Origin: Dendrobates tinctorius
Taxonomy: Eukaryota
Assembly: GCF_039654945.1 (NCBI RefSeq)
Contig: NW_027361917.1
Coordinates: 58,652,001 to 58,716,000, forward strand
Direction of reading: 5' to 3'
DNA: 64,000 nt
Below, in pieces: positions 34,359 through 47,400 of the stretch (position 1 is its first letter; every line of letters begins with the position of its first letter). Both the position numbers and the translations under genes were made by a program. The notes under the pieces are model-generated. The model was given only the letters and a program-made list of their open reading frames with translations, was not told the DNA's origin and searched no databases.

Positions 34359-37300
34359 TTAAATGAAGGGAGCAAAGCTAATAGCCTCGTTCAATCCCTT
34401 CGGATGTACTGTATCCAACAGCCATATCCATCTTGTTTCACGTTGCAACAGTCTCTGAGTTAGATTGCCACCACGAACCCCCGGATTGATAATATCAATC
34501 CCGCGAATCCGTAGTAGAGACCCATCGCAACCATGTTTGAGTTTAAAATGTCGAGGTATTGTCCTGAGTGTGGAGGGATCCTCCTGGCCGGCTGCCGCCT
34601 GTATGCCCAACACGTGCTCACGAACACGTGTCTTCAATTGCCGCGTAGTCATACCAATATAGATCAGGTTACATGGACATAGCGCAAAATAGATAACGTA
34701 ACGTGAGGTACATAGAATACGGTTGCGAATATTAAATGTCCGAGTCCCTGAGGAATTGAAGAACGTGTCCGTTCGCTCAATGTTGGAACAGGCGACACAG
34801 CGGCCACAAGGAGCACACCCACACACAGGACGAACCGAACTGAGAAAATTCTGTTTAGGTTCAGGTTGATAATGACTATGGACGAGATAATCCTTGAGAT
34901 TCCTTGATCGACGGATAGTGACACTTGGTTTAGATGGAATAAATTTGTTAAGAATAGGGTCCGTCTGCAGAATGGGCCAAGCCTTTTGAAGACAGCCTCT
35001 CATTCTAGCAAATTGCGCATGGTAATTTGTAATAAATCTGATCTTATTATCAGTTTTAGTTTCCCTCTTCTTATATAGCAATGACTGACGTGTAGACCAT
35101 CTTGCACGGTTAAAGGCTTTCTTAACAGATCTCCTACTATAGCCTCTCTCAAAGAACCTTTCCGAAAGGTCCTGGGCTTGGACTAAAAAATCCTGATCAT
35201 TAGAGCAGATCCTGCGTAACCGCAGAAACTGCCCTATAGGAATAGAGTTGATCAGAGGTTTAGGGTGAGCAGAGGAGGCATGAAGTAACACATTGGAGGA
35301 AGTTTCCTTCCTAAATATTCCTGTCTGCAATGTATTATCAAAGTCTCTCCAAACATTGACATCTAAAAAACTAACCCTGGTCAAATCATAATGATATGTT
35401 ATATGAATATTCATATTGTTCAAGTTAATTCCTTCCATAAAGGTTGATAACTGAAGCTCATTCCCCTGCCAGACCAGAAAAATGTCGTCGATGTACCGCA
35501 CCCAAAAAGGGATGCGGTCCATCGACTGACACTGGTCAGACAGGGGGAGGTCCCTCTCCCACAGCCCCAGGAACAGGTTGGCATACGATGGGGCAAAGGA
35601 GGCCCCCATAGCTGTCCCCTGGAGCTGTAGGTAGAAGGACCCCATGAACGTAAAAAAATTATGGGTCAGGGAAAACTCGAGCAATTCAATGACCAGGGAG
35701 ATGATTTCCGTAGGTAAGTTTGACATGTTTAAAAAATAACGAGTAGCAGCCAACCCATCGGCATGTCTTATGCTGGTGTAAAGGGACTCAATGTCACCTG
35801 TCACCAGCATATTACCACTCCCGATATGAAGGCCATCAACTCTCCTAAGGAATTCACCGGTATCGAGTAAAAAGGAGGGCAGACTTTCAACGAGGGGCTG
35901 TAATTTGGAGTCAATCCAACGATTGACTTTTTCCAAATAATTCCCAGAGCCAGAAATAATAGGACGACCAGGGGGGGCCTCGAGACACTTGTGTATTTTA
36001 GGTAATAAATAAAATGTTGCAATGGTAGGTTCCTGTACCTGCATCGTAAGAGCCAATTCCTTGGTGATAACACCATTTTGAACGGCTGTATTAATGATTT
36101 TATTCAGCTGTAACACAAATGAGGCAAGGGGGTTAAACGTCAAACGCTTGTAGCATACCTTGTTAGTTAATTGTCTGAATGCCTCCTTCTCATAGAGGAA
36201 CTTAGGCCATATTACCACATTGCCCCCTTTATCAGCTGGCTTTAACACAATGTCAGGAAGCCCCCTCAGGACGTCCAATCTCATGCGTTCCTCACGACTA
36301 AGATTGTCCCTGCCCACACCCCCAGGGATTTTCATAAAGTCCTTAGTAACGACCTGAACAAAAAGATCAATAGCTGCACATGTCGCCAGTGGAGGAAATT
36401 TTTTAGATTTCATTCTGATGGATTGAGGAATCTTACCTCCCTCTCCAGTTGTATGTTCAATGGAAAGATCCTCAAGATCCTGCAGGGCTACTTGCTCCTC
36501 TTCTGTGGGAAAAAGATTTTGCAAATCTGAGTTGAAAAAATGTCTCTTGAAAATCAGAGATCTAGCAAAAAGATGTAGATCTTTGATGGCCATAAAAGCA
36601 TTGAAATGAGACTTTGGAGAAAACGTGAGTCCCCTACTCAACAGTGAAAGATCAGAATCAGTTAAAATATGAGAGCTCAGGTTAATTACCTTATTGTTAT
36701 TATTAGTACGTTCAGGTGATCTGAACTTCATCCGCTTGTAGGGGTGGAAATTCACGTCTCTTACTCTCTTAGATCTTGCTCCAGATCGTGTAGTTATCGA
36801 TGAAGTAGACCATTCTGAAGAATCACTCATGGAGGAAAGGGAACTCACTGAAAATACTCCATGCATTTTAGGGGCTTTGATATTAAATTTTCTCCAAGCA
36901 TAGACACTCTTATTTGCAAAATCTTTAGTATCACGATGCAATTTAGAGGTCTGCATTTCATTTATTTTTTTGACACAAATGTCCAGATTCTTTTCAATAC
37001 GAGATTCATATTCGACAACCTTCTCAGATGGACACAATGCTTTAAAATTACGTTCAGCCTCATCAATCGATTTATCCAAGTCTACAATAAGCTTAGAATT
37101 CCGTTCAATCAATAGCTTCAAGAAAACATTAGAACAAACACCACATGCTTCCTCCCATCGACTGATAAAATCATCATCGTCGATAGGGAATGAGGGAATA
37201 ACCCTTATTCTCAGACCTCTGGGAATAATGTTAAAAGAGACATATTTCTCCAGGAAGGCCCTATTCCACCATATCCTCGTCCGTTTTAGTAACAGTTTCT

Positions 37301-37496
37301 CAATTTCAAGAACTTGGCTATCAAGTGTTTGATCCATATGTGGCTGTAACTCGACTCCACCTGTCCCGAATACCTGGTCTATTTGTCCGAGCCAGGCCTT
37401 CTCTTTAGCTCGAAAATCCATATCCAAAACACCAAAAGAACCTGTGCATAACACAGTAAAATTAATACATAACCATATTAAGGATACTAATCCCAT
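34359..37496 (-). CDS. PLE RT + GIY-YIG, copy 3 (S->L in INSNNM)
   Basis: Intact ORF with the same motifs. Confidence 0.97.
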   Translation of the reverse strand: MGLVSLIWLCINFTVLCTGSFGVLDMDFRAKEKAWLGQIDQVFGTGGVELQPHMDQTLDSQVLEIEKLLLKRTRIWWNRAFLEKYVSFNIIPRGLRIRVIPSFPIDDDDFISRWEEACGVCSNVFLKLLIERNSKLIVDLDKSIDEAERNFKALCPSEKVVEYESRIEKNLDICVKKINEMQTSKLHRDTKDFANKSVYAWRKFNIKAPKMHGVFSVSSLSSMSDSSEWSTSSITTRSGARSKRVRDVNFHPYKRMKFRSPERTNNNNKVINLSSHILTDSDLSLLSRGLTFSPKSHFNAFMAIKDLHLFARSLIFKRHFFNSDLQNLFPTEEEQVALQDLEDLSIEHTTGEGGKIPQSIRMKSKKFPPLATCAAIDLFVQVVTKDFMKIPGGVGRDNLSREERMRLDVLRGLPDIVLKPADKGGNVVIWPKFLYEKEAFRQLTNKVCYKRLTFNPLASFVLQLNKIINTAVQNGVITKELALTMQVQEPTIATFYLLPKIHKCLEAPPGRPIISGSGNYLEKVNRWIDSKLQPLVESLPSFLLDTGEFLRRVDGLHIGSGNMLVTGDIESLYTSIRHADGLAATRYFLNMSNLPTEIISLVIELLEFSLTHNFFTFMGSFYLQLQGTAMGASFAPSYANLFLGLWERDLPLSDQCQSMDRIPFWVRYIDDIFLVWQGNELQLSTFMEGINLNNMNIHITYHYDLTRVSFLDVNVWRDFDNTLQTGIFRKETSSNVLLHASSAHPKPLINSIPIGQFLRLRRICSNDQDFLVQAQDLSERFFERGYSRRSVKKAFNRARWSTRQSLLYKKRETKTDNKIRFITNYHAQFARMRGCLQKAWPILQTDPILNKFIPSKPSVTIRRSRNLKDYLVHSHYQPEPKQNFLSSVRPVCGCAPCGRCVACSNIERTDTFFNSSGTRTFNIRNRILCTSRYVIYFALCPCNLIYIGMTTRQLKTRVREHVLGIQAAAGQEDPSTLRTIPRHFKLKHGCDGSLLRIRGIDIINPGVRGGNLTQRLLQRETRWIWLLDTVHPKGLNEAISFAPFI

Positions 37497-37690
37497 TCAA
37501 TCAGATATAAATATACCAATCCTAGACTAAAAGTATGAAAAATTGGGATTATAATGAGGGATATCTATAACAGGATAATCGCAAAATATAATAAATCACA
37601 GAGAAAAACAAGCGATCAAAGAAATCCGACCAACAAAAGATGTATAAGAAACATATAAAAATGTATTCAAGGAAACACAGAAAAAAAACA

Positions 37691-37952
37691 CAGGGCTACT
37701 TGCTCCTCTTCTGTGGGAAAAAGATTTTGCAAATCTGAGTTGAAAAAATGTCTCTTGAAAATCAGAGATCTAGCAAAAAGATGTAGATCTTTGATGGCCA
37801 TAAAAGCATTGAAATGAGACTTTGGAGAAAACGTGAGTCCCCTACTCAACAGTGAAAGATCAGAATCAGTTAAAATATGAGAGCTCAGGTTAATTACCTT
37901 ATTGTTATTATTAGTACGCACGTTTCGGCAGATGGCCTTTCTCAAGGGGTAC
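37691..37952 (-). other. Type-B spacer, second copy
   Basis: Identical junctions to 32679-32940. Confidence 0.92.
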
Positions 37953-39370
37953 AGGGAAAAGAGGAAGTAAGGGGTATTTAAGACAGAATCAACCAATCAA
38001 TCCAAGGATCATACCCATGTGATCAATCACCAATGGTGCACGTGTGTCAAGGTTCCACCCAACCATAGCATCCGTTGTCATGGCTACATCCCATAGAACA
38101 AATTTATTCATATGGGTAATAGTAGACAGACTATCTGAAATAGAGAGCTAACACATAAATAAACACCTCCAAGATGGATCTCTTTATTAGGAATCACTGC
38201 TAGCATAAGTAGTAGCCACCATTATTATATTGATCAGCGCATTAAAACCTGTGTATCGTCCAACAAAGATGACATCATCGTTGGTGGAATCACATGAGTC
38301 GTCTTCACTTACTAACAACACCCAATATGGTACAAGTATTGGTGACCGCAGCACTAATCATGTGACTATCGTCACGCTGCCGGGGCTCCTCCCCTATTGA
38401 CGTCACCGCGCCGACGCGTCCACCTTTCATGACGCAAGTTGCCCCGACAACCAGTGCAATACAAGTATTGGTGACCGCAGCGCTAGTTAAGTAACCATCA
38501 TCACGCTGCCGGGGCTCCTCCCCCATTGACGTCACCACGCCGACGCGTCCACCAATCATGACGCAAGTTGCCCCGACAACCAAAACAATGGGCGGCGGCG
38601 GCAACTCCAGCGTCATAGTTGTAACCACCCACAATAGGGAGGAATCAAAGAAATCAATGACTCCTCCCTAGCTGTATCAGCCATGGCAACGCGTCCACTC
38701 ATAATGACGCAGGCGTCACCCCGGCAACCAAAACAGCGGGCGGCAACGGCATCAATGTGACGTCAACTAAGTGACTGGCCACAATGGAGATGCCGAGAGG
38801 CGTCCGATGTGAAGGAGACAGCAGTGCGCATGCGTACAGAGCGAACGTCATCCAATGGCATAGGGTATAACAGCCATAAACCTAAACAGAAACAATATAG
38901 GAGACACGCAGATTAATAGCCCGGCGCCGCCAGACAATAGTCCTAAAAATAGCGACAATAGCGATGGACAGCACATGGTAACAAAATAAACTAGCAAAGG
39001 CGGTAATAAAGCATAGACCCAAGGCATAAAAGATATATATATGTATACAATGAAGATAACTCCTCAAAACAAACAAAAACACATAAAGAAGCAGAACATA
39101 TATATATAGATTTCATAACAAAAATAGTCCTGCTATCGTTATCTTCATATGATAATATGCCGACAGGGAGATCCAGACACCCAGAGGGATAAAACAGTGG
39201 AGATGTTCAGCCGAGGGAACACAGATACACGAATATGGCAAAGGAAGACTCTGAAAAATAAAACCAAAATTAGAACAAAAACAATAAAAACAATAAGATA
39301 CGCAGCAAACAACCCATGATCAAAAAATGTAAATATAGCCAAACCATCATATATTCAAAAATAGAAACAC

Positions 39371-42300
39371 TTAAATGAAGGGAGCAAAGCTAATAGCCTC
39401 GTTCAATCCCTTCGGATGTACTGTATCCAACAGCCATATCCATCTTGTTTCACGTTGCAACAGTCTCTGAGTTAGATTGCCACCACGAACCCCCGGATTG
39501 ATAATATCAATCCCGCGAATCCGTAGTAGAGACCCATCGCAACCATGTTTGAGTTTAAAATGTCGAGGTATTGTCCTGAGTGTGGAGGGATCCTCCTGGC
39601 CGGCTGCCGCCTGTATGCCCAACACGTGCTCACGAACACGTGTCTTCAATTGCCGCGTAGTCATACCAATATAGATCAGGTTACATGGACATAGCGCAAA
39701 ATAGATAACGTAACGTGAGGTACATAGAATACGGTTGCGAATATTAAATGTCCGAGTCCCTGAGGAATTGAAGAACGTGTCCGTTCGCTCAATGTTGGAA
39801 CAGGCGACACAGCGGCCACAAGGAGCACACCCACACACAGGACGAACCGAACTGAGAAAATTCTGTTTAGGTTCAGGTTGATAATGACTATGGACGAGAT
39901 AATCCTTGAGATTCCTTGATCGACGGATAGTGACACTTGGTTTAGATGGAATAAATTTGTTAAGAATAGGGTCCGTCTGCAGAATGGGCCAAGCCTTTTG
40001 AAGACAGCCTCTCATTCTAGCAAATTGCGCATGGTAATTTGTAATAAATCTGATCTTATTATCAGTTTTAGTTTCCCTCTTCTTATATAGCAATGACTGA
40101 CGTGTAGACCATCTTGCACGGTTAAAGGCTTTCTTAACAGATCTCCTACTATAGCCTCTCTCAAAGAACCTTTCCGAAAGGTCCTGGGCTTGGACTAAAA
40201 AATCCTGATCATTAGAGCAGATCCTGCGTAACCGCAGAAACTGCCCTATAGGAATAGAGTTGATCAGAGGTTTAGGGTGAGCAGAGGAGGCATGAAGTAA
40301 CACATTGGAGGAAGTTTCCTTCCTAAATATTCCTGTCTGCAATGTATTATCAAAGTCTCTCCAAACATTGACATCTAAAAAACTAACCCTGGTCAAATCA
40401 TAATGATATGTTATATGAATATTCATATTGTTCGAGTTAATTCCTTCCATAAAGGTTGATAACTGAAGCTCATTCCCCTGCCAGACCAGAAAAATGTCGT
40501 CGATGTACCGCACCCAAAAAGGGATGCGGTCCATCGACTGACACTGGTCAGACAGGGGGAGGTCCCTCTCCCACAGCCCCAGGAACAGGTTGGCATACGA
40601 TGGGGCAAAGGAGGCCCCCATAGCTGTCCCCTGGAGCTGTAGGTAGAAGGACCCCATGAACGTAAAAAAATTATGGGTCAGGGAAAACTCGAGCAATTCA
40701 ATGACCAGGGAGATGATTTCCGTAGGTAAGTTTGACATGTTTAAAAAATAACGAGTAGCAGCCAACCCATCGGCATGTCTTATGCTGGTGTAAAGGGACT
40801 CAATGTCACCTGTCACCAGCATATTACCACTCCCGATATGAAGGCCATCAACTCTCCTAAGGAATTCACCGGTATCGAGTAAAAAGGAGGGCAGACTTTC
40901 AACGAGGGGCTGTAATTTGGAGTCAATCCAACGATTGACTTTTTCCAAATAATTCCCAGAGCCAGAAATAATAGGACGACCGGGGGGGGCCTCGAGACAC
41001 TTGTGTATTTTAGGTAATAAATAAAATGTTGCAATGGTAGGTTCCTGTACCTGCATCGTAAGAGCCAATTCCTTGGTGATAACACCATTTTGAACGGCTG
41101 TATTAATGATTTTATTCAGCTGTAACACAAATGAGGCAAGGGGGTTAAACGTCAAACGCTTGTAGCATACCTTGTTAGTTAATTGTCTGAATGCCTCCTT
41201 CTCATAGAGGAACTTAGGCCATATTACCACATTGCCCCCTTTATCAGCTGGCTTTAACACAATGTCAGGAAGCCCCCTCAGGACGTCCAATCTCATGCGT
41301 TCCTCACGACTAAGATTGTCCCTGCCCACACCCCCAGGGATTTTCATAAAGTCCTTAGTAACGACCTGAACAAAAAGATCAATAGCTGCACATGTCGCCA
41401 GTGGAGGAAATTTTTTAGATTTCATTCTGATGGATTGAGGAATCTTACCTCCCTCTCCAGTTGTATGTTCAATGGAAAGATCCTCAAGATCCTGCAGGGC
41501 TACTTGCTCCTCTTCTGTGGGAAAAAGATTTTGCAAATCTGAGTTGAAAAAATGTCTCTTGAAAATCAGAGATCTAGCAAAAAGATGTAGATCTTTGATG
41601 GCCATAAAAGCATTGAAATGAGACTTTGGAGAAAACGTGAGTCCCCTACTCAACAGTGAAAGATCAGAATCAGTTAAAATATGAGAGCTCAGGTTAATTA
41701 CCTTATTGTTATTATTAGTACGTTCAGGTGATCTGAACTTCATCCGCTTGTAGGGGTGGAAATTCACGTCTCTTACTCTCTTAGATCTTGCTCCAGATCG
41801 TGTAGTTATCGATGAAGTAGACCATTCTGAAGAATCACTCATGGAGGAAAGGGAACTCACTGAAAATACTCCATGCATTTTAGGGGCTTTGATATTAAAT
41901 TTTCTCCAAGCATAGACACTCTTATTTGCAAAATCTTTAGTATCACGATGCAATTTAGAGGTCTGCATTTCATTTATTTTTTTGACACAAATGTCCAGAT
42001 TCTTTTCAATACGAGATTCATATTCGACAACCTTCTCAGATGGACACAATGCTTTAAAATTACGTTCAGCCTCATCAATCGATTTATCCAAGTCTACAAT
42101 AAGCTTAGAATTCCGTTCAATCAATAGCTTCAAGAAAACATTAGAACAAACACCACATGCTTCCTCCCATCGACTGATAAAATCATCATCGTCGATAGGG
42201 AATGAGGGAATAACCCTTATTCTCAGACCTCTGGGAATAATGTTAAAAGAGACATATTTCTCCAGGAAGGCCCTATTCCACCATATCCTCGTCCGTTTTA

Positions 42301-42508
42301 GTAACAGTTTCTCAATTTCAAGAACTTGGCTATCAAGTGTTTGATCCATATGTGGCTGTAACTCGACTCCACCTGTCCCGAATACCTGGTCTATTTGTCC
42401 GAGCCAGGCCTTCTCTTTAGCTCGAAAATCCATATCCAAAACACCAAAAGAACCTGTGCATAACACAGTAAAATTAATACATAACCATATTAAGGATACT
42501 AATCCCAT
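39371..42508 (-). CDS. PLE RT + GIY-YIG, copy 4
   Basis: Intact ORF with the same motifs. Confidence 0.97.
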   Translation of the reverse strand: MGLVSLIWLCINFTVLCTGSFGVLDMDFRAKEKAWLGQIDQVFGTGGVELQPHMDQTLDSQVLEIEKLLLKRTRIWWNRAFLEKYVSFNIIPRGLRIRVIPSFPIDDDDFISRWEEACGVCSNVFLKLLIERNSKLIVDLDKSIDEAERNFKALCPSEKVVEYESRIEKNLDICVKKINEMQTSKLHRDTKDFANKSVYAWRKFNIKAPKMHGVFSVSSLSSMSDSSEWSTSSITTRSGARSKRVRDVNFHPYKRMKFRSPERTNNNNKVINLSSHILTDSDLSLLSRGLTFSPKSHFNAFMAIKDLHLFARSLIFKRHFFNSDLQNLFPTEEEQVALQDLEDLSIEHTTGEGGKIPQSIRMKSKKFPPLATCAAIDLFVQVVTKDFMKIPGGVGRDNLSREERMRLDVLRGLPDIVLKPADKGGNVVIWPKFLYEKEAFRQLTNKVCYKRLTFNPLASFVLQLNKIINTAVQNGVITKELALTMQVQEPTIATFYLLPKIHKCLEAPPGRPIISGSGNYLEKVNRWIDSKLQPLVESLPSFLLDTGEFLRRVDGLHIGSGNMLVTGDIESLYTSIRHADGLAATRYFLNMSNLPTEIISLVIELLEFSLTHNFFTFMGSFYLQLQGTAMGASFAPSYANLFLGLWERDLPLSDQCQSMDRIPFWVRYIDDIFLVWQGNELQLSTFMEGINSNNMNIHITYHYDLTRVSFLDVNVWRDFDNTLQTGIFRKETSSNVLLHASSAHPKPLINSIPIGQFLRLRRICSNDQDFLVQAQDLSERFFERGYSRRSVKKAFNRARWSTRQSLLYKKRETKTDNKIRFITNYHAQFARMRGCLQKAWPILQTDPILNKFIPSKPSVTIRRSRNLKDYLVHSHYQPEPKQNFLSSVRPVCGCAPCGRCVACSNIERTDTFFNSSGTRTFNIRNRILCTSRYVIYFALCPCNLIYIGMTTRQLKTRVREHVLGIQAAAGQEDPSTLRTIPRHFKLKHGCDGSLLRIRGIDIINPGVRGGNLTQRLLQRETRWIWLLDTVHPKGLNEAISFAPFI

Positions 42509-42952
42509 TCAATCAGATATAAATATACCAATCCTAGACTAAAAGTATGAAAAATTGGGATTATAATGAGGGATATCTATAACAGGATAATCGCAAAATA
42601 TAATAAATCACAGAGAAAAACAAGCGATCAAAGAAATCCGACCAACAAAAGATGTATAAGAAACATATAAAAATGTATTCAAGGAAACACAGAAAAACAG
42701 GACAGGAATTAGAATCATGAGTTGACCATGGTAGCGTGCAAGCGACCAATGGGGTACACATGGAGTAAAAGGACCTATTCGGAACATCAATAGAAGGCAT
42801 ATAGCTAGATGTATAATTGAAGAAATAAATGCCAGTTCCTAACAAGGTATAATAATACGATCAAACAGGACAAGTACATAAATAAGTATTATAAGCAAAT
42901 AAACAATAGCAGACTTAATACCTGTTATGGTTGTATGTAACGGTCCACTCCA

Positions 42953-43003
42953 GTATACCCCCCCCAACGCACGTTTCGGCAGATGGCCTTTCTCAAGGGG
43001 TAC
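42953..43003 (-). ncRNA. Variant hammerhead ribozyme, spacer 5
   Basis: Identical to spacer 1. Predicted cut 42966/42965. Confidence 0.8.
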
Positions 43004-44421
43004 AGGGAAAAGAGGAAGTAAGGGGTATTTAAGACAGAATCAACCAATCAATCCAAGGATCATACCCATGTGATCAATCACCAATGGTGCACGTGTGTCA
43101 AGGTTCCACCCAACCATAGCATCCGTTGTCATGGCTACATCCCATAGAACAAATTTATTCATATGGGTAATAGTAGACAGACTATCTGAAATAGAGAGCT
43201 AACACATAAATAAACACCTCCAAGATGGATCTCTTTATTAGGAATCACTGCTAGCATAAGTAGTAGCCACCATTATTATATTGATCAGCGCATTAAAACC
43301 TGTGTATCGTCCAACAAAGATGACATCATCGTTGGTGGAATCACATGAGTCGTCTTCACTTACTAACAACACCCAATACGGTACAAGTATTGGTGACCGC
43401 AGCACTAATCATGTGACTATCGTCACGCTGCCGGGGCTCCTCCCCTATTGACGTCACCGCGCCGACGCGTCCACCTTTCATGACGCAAGTTGCCCCGACA
43501 ACCAGTGCAATACAAGTATTGGTGACCGCAGCGCTAGTTAAGTAACCATCATCACGCTGCCGGGGCTCCTCCCCCATTGACGTCACCACGCCGACGCGTC
43601 CACCAATCATGACGCAAGTTGCCCCGACAACCAAAACAATGGGCGGCGGCGGCAACTCCAGCGTCATAGTTGTAACCACCCACAATAGGGAGGAATCAAA
43701 GAAATCAATGACTCCTCCCTAGCTGTATCAGCCATGGCAACGCGTCCACTCATAATGACGCAGGCGTCACCCCGGCAACCAAAACAGCGGGCGGCAACGG
43801 CATCAATGTGACGTCAACTAAGTGACTGGCCACAATGGAGATGCCGAGAGGCGTCCGATGTGAAGGAGACAGCAGTGCGCATGCGTACAGAGCGAACGTC
43901 ATCCAATGGCATAGGGTATAACAGCCATAAACCTAAACAGAAACAATATAGGAGACACGCAGATTAATAGCCCGGCGCCGCCAGACAATAGTCCTAAAAA
44001 TAGCGACAATAGCGATGGACAGCACATGGTAACAAAATAAACTAGCAAAGGCGGTAATAAAGCATAGACCCAAGGCATAAAAGATATATATATGTATACA
44101 ATGAAGATAACTCCTCAAAACAAACAAAAACACATAAAGAAGCAGAACATATATATATAGATTTCATAACAAAAATAGTCCTGCTATCGTTATCTTCATA
44201 TGATAATATGCCGACAGGGAGATCCAGACACCCAGAGGGATAAAACAGTGGAGATGTTCAGCCGAGGGAACACAGATACACGAATATGGCAAAGGAAGAC
44301 TCTGAAAAATAAAACCAAAATTAGAACAAAAACAATAAAAACAATAAGATACGCAGCAAACAACCCATGATCAAAAAATGTAAATATAGCCAAACCATCA
44401 TATATTCAAAAATAGAAACAC

Positions 44422-47400
44422 TTAAATGAAGGGAGCAAAGCTAATAGCCTCGTTCAATCCCTTCGGATGTACTGTATCCAACAGCCATATCCATCTTGTT
44501 TCACGTTGCAACAGTCTCTGAGTTAGATTGCCACCACGAACCCCCGGATTGATAATATCAATCCCGCGAATCCGTAGTAGAGACCCATCGCAACCATGTT
44601 TGAGTTTAAAATGTCGAGGTATTGTCCTGAGTGTGGAGGGATCCTCCTGGCCGGCTGCCGCCTGTATGCCCAACACGTGCTCACGAACACGTGTCTTCAA
44701 TTGCCGCGTAGTCATACCAATATAGATCAGGTTACATGGACATAGCGCAAAATAGATAACGTAACGTGAGGTACATAGAATACGGTTGCGAATATTAAAT
44801 GTCCGAGTCCCTGAGGAATTGAAGAACGTGTCCGTTCGCTCAATGTTGGAACAGGCGACACAGCGGCCACAAGGAGCACACCCACACACAGGACGAACCG
44901 AACTGAGAAAATTCTGTTTAGGTTCAGGTTGATAATGACTATGGACGAGATAATCCTTGAGATTCCTTGATCGACGGATAGTGACACTTGGTTTAGATGG
45001 AATAAATTTGTTAAGAATAGGGTCCGTCTGCAGAATGGGCCAAGCCTTTTGAAGACAGCCTCTCATTCTAGCAAATTGCGCATGGTAATTTGTAATAAAT
45101 CTGATCTTATTATCAGTTTTAGTTTCCCTCTTCTTATATAGCAATGACTGACGTGTAGACCATCTTGCACGGTTAAAGGCTTTCTTAACAGATCTCCTAC
45201 TATAGCCTCTCTCAAAGAACCTTTCCGAAAGGTCCTGGGCTTGGACTAAAAAATCCTGATCATTAGAGCAGATCCTGCGTAACCGCAGAAACTGCCCTAT
45301 AGGAATAGAGTTGATCAGAGGTTTAGGGTGAGCAGAGGAGGCATGAAGTAACACATTGGAGGAAGTTTCCTTCCTAAATATTCCTGTCTGCAATGTATTA
45401 TCAAAGTCTCTCCAAACATTGACATCTAAAAAACTAACCCTGGTCAAATCATAATGATATGTTATATGAATATTCATATTGTTCGAGTTAATTCCTTCCA
45501 TAAAGGTTGATAACTGAAGCTCATTCCCCTGCCAGACCAGAAAAATGTCGTCGATGTACCGCACCCAAAAAGGGATGCGGTCCATCGACTGACACTGGTC
45601 AGACAGGGGGAGGTCCCTCTCCCACAGCCCCAGGAACAGGTTGGCATACGATGGGGCAAAGGAGGCCCCCATAGCTGTCCCCTGGAGCTGTAGGTAGAAG
45701 GACCCCATGAACGTAAAAAAATTATGGGTCAGGGAAAACTCGAGCAATTCAATGACCAGGGAGATGATTTCCGTAGGTAAGTTTGACATGTTTAAAAAAT
45801 AACGAGTAGCAGCCAACCCATCGGCATGTCTTATGCTGGTGTAAAGGGACTCAATGTCACCTGTCACCAGCATATTACCACTCCCGATATGAAGGCCATC
45901 AACTCTCCTAAGGAATTCACCGGTATCGAGTAAAAAGGAGGGCAGACTTTCAACGAGGGGCTGTAATTTGGAGTCAATCCAACGATTGACTTTTTCCAAA
46001 TAATTCCCAGAGCCAGAAATAATAGGACGACCAGGGGGGGCCTCGAGACACTTGTGTATTTTAGGTAATAAATAAAATGTTGCAATGGTAGGTTCCTGTA
46101 CCTGCATCGTAAGAGCCAATTCCTTGGTGATAACACCATTTTGAACGGCTGTATTAATGATTTTATTCAGCTGTAACACAAATGAGGCAAGGGGGTTAAA
46201 CGTCAAACGCTTGTAGCATACCTTGTTAGTTAATTGTCTGAATGCCTCCTTCTCATAGAGGAACTTAGGCCATATTACCACATTGCCCCCTTTATCAGCT
46301 GGCTTTAACACAATGTCAGGAAGCCCCCTCAGGACGTCCAATCTCATGCGTTCCTCACGACTAAGATTGTCCCTGCCCACACCCCCAGGGATTTTCATAA
46401 AGTCCTTAGTAACGACCTGAACAAAAAGATCAATAGCTGCACATGTCGCCAGTGGAGGAAATTTTTTAGATTTCATTCTGATGGATTGAGGAATCTTACC
46501 TCCCTCTCCAGTTGTATGTTCAATGGAAAGATCCTCAAGATCCTGCAGGGCTACTTGCTCCTCTTCTGTGGGAAAAAGATTTTGCAAATCTGAGTTGAAA
46601 AAATGTCTCTTGAAAATCAGAGATCTAGCAAAAAGATGTAGATCTTTGATGGCCATAAAAGCATTGAAATGAGACTTTGGAGAAAACGTGAGTCCCCTAC
46701 TCAACAGTGAAAGATCAGAATCAGTTAAAATATGAGAGCTCAGGTTAATTACCTTATTGTTATTATTAGTACGTTCAGGTGATCTGAACTTCATCCGCTT
46801 GTAGGGGTGGAAATTCACGTCTCTTACTCTCTTAGATCTTGCTCCAGATCGTGTAGTTATCGATGAAGTAGACCATTCTGAAGAATCACTCATGGAGGAA
46901 AGGGAACTCACTGAAAATACTCCATGCATTTTAGGGGCTTTGATATTAAATTTTCTCCAAGCATAGACACTCTTATTTGCAAAATCTTTAGTATCACGAT
47001 GCAATTTAGAGGTCTGCATTTCATTTATTTTTTTGACACAAATGTCCAGATTCTTTTCAATACGAGATTCATATTCGACAACCTTCTCAGATGGACACAA
47101 TGCTTTAAAATTACGTTCAGCCTCATCAATCGATTTATCCAAGTCTACAATAAGCTTAGAATTCCGTTCAATCAATAGCTTCAAGAAAACATTAGAACAA
47201 ACACCACATGCTTCCTCCCATCGACTGATAAAATCATCATCGTCGATAGGGAATGAGGGAATAACCCTTATTCTCAGACCTCTGGGAATAATGTTAAAAG
47301 AGACATATTTCTCCAGGAAGGCCCTATTCCACCATATCCTCGTCCGTTTTAGTAACAGTTTCTCAATTTCAAGAACTTGGCTATCAAGTGTTTGATCCAT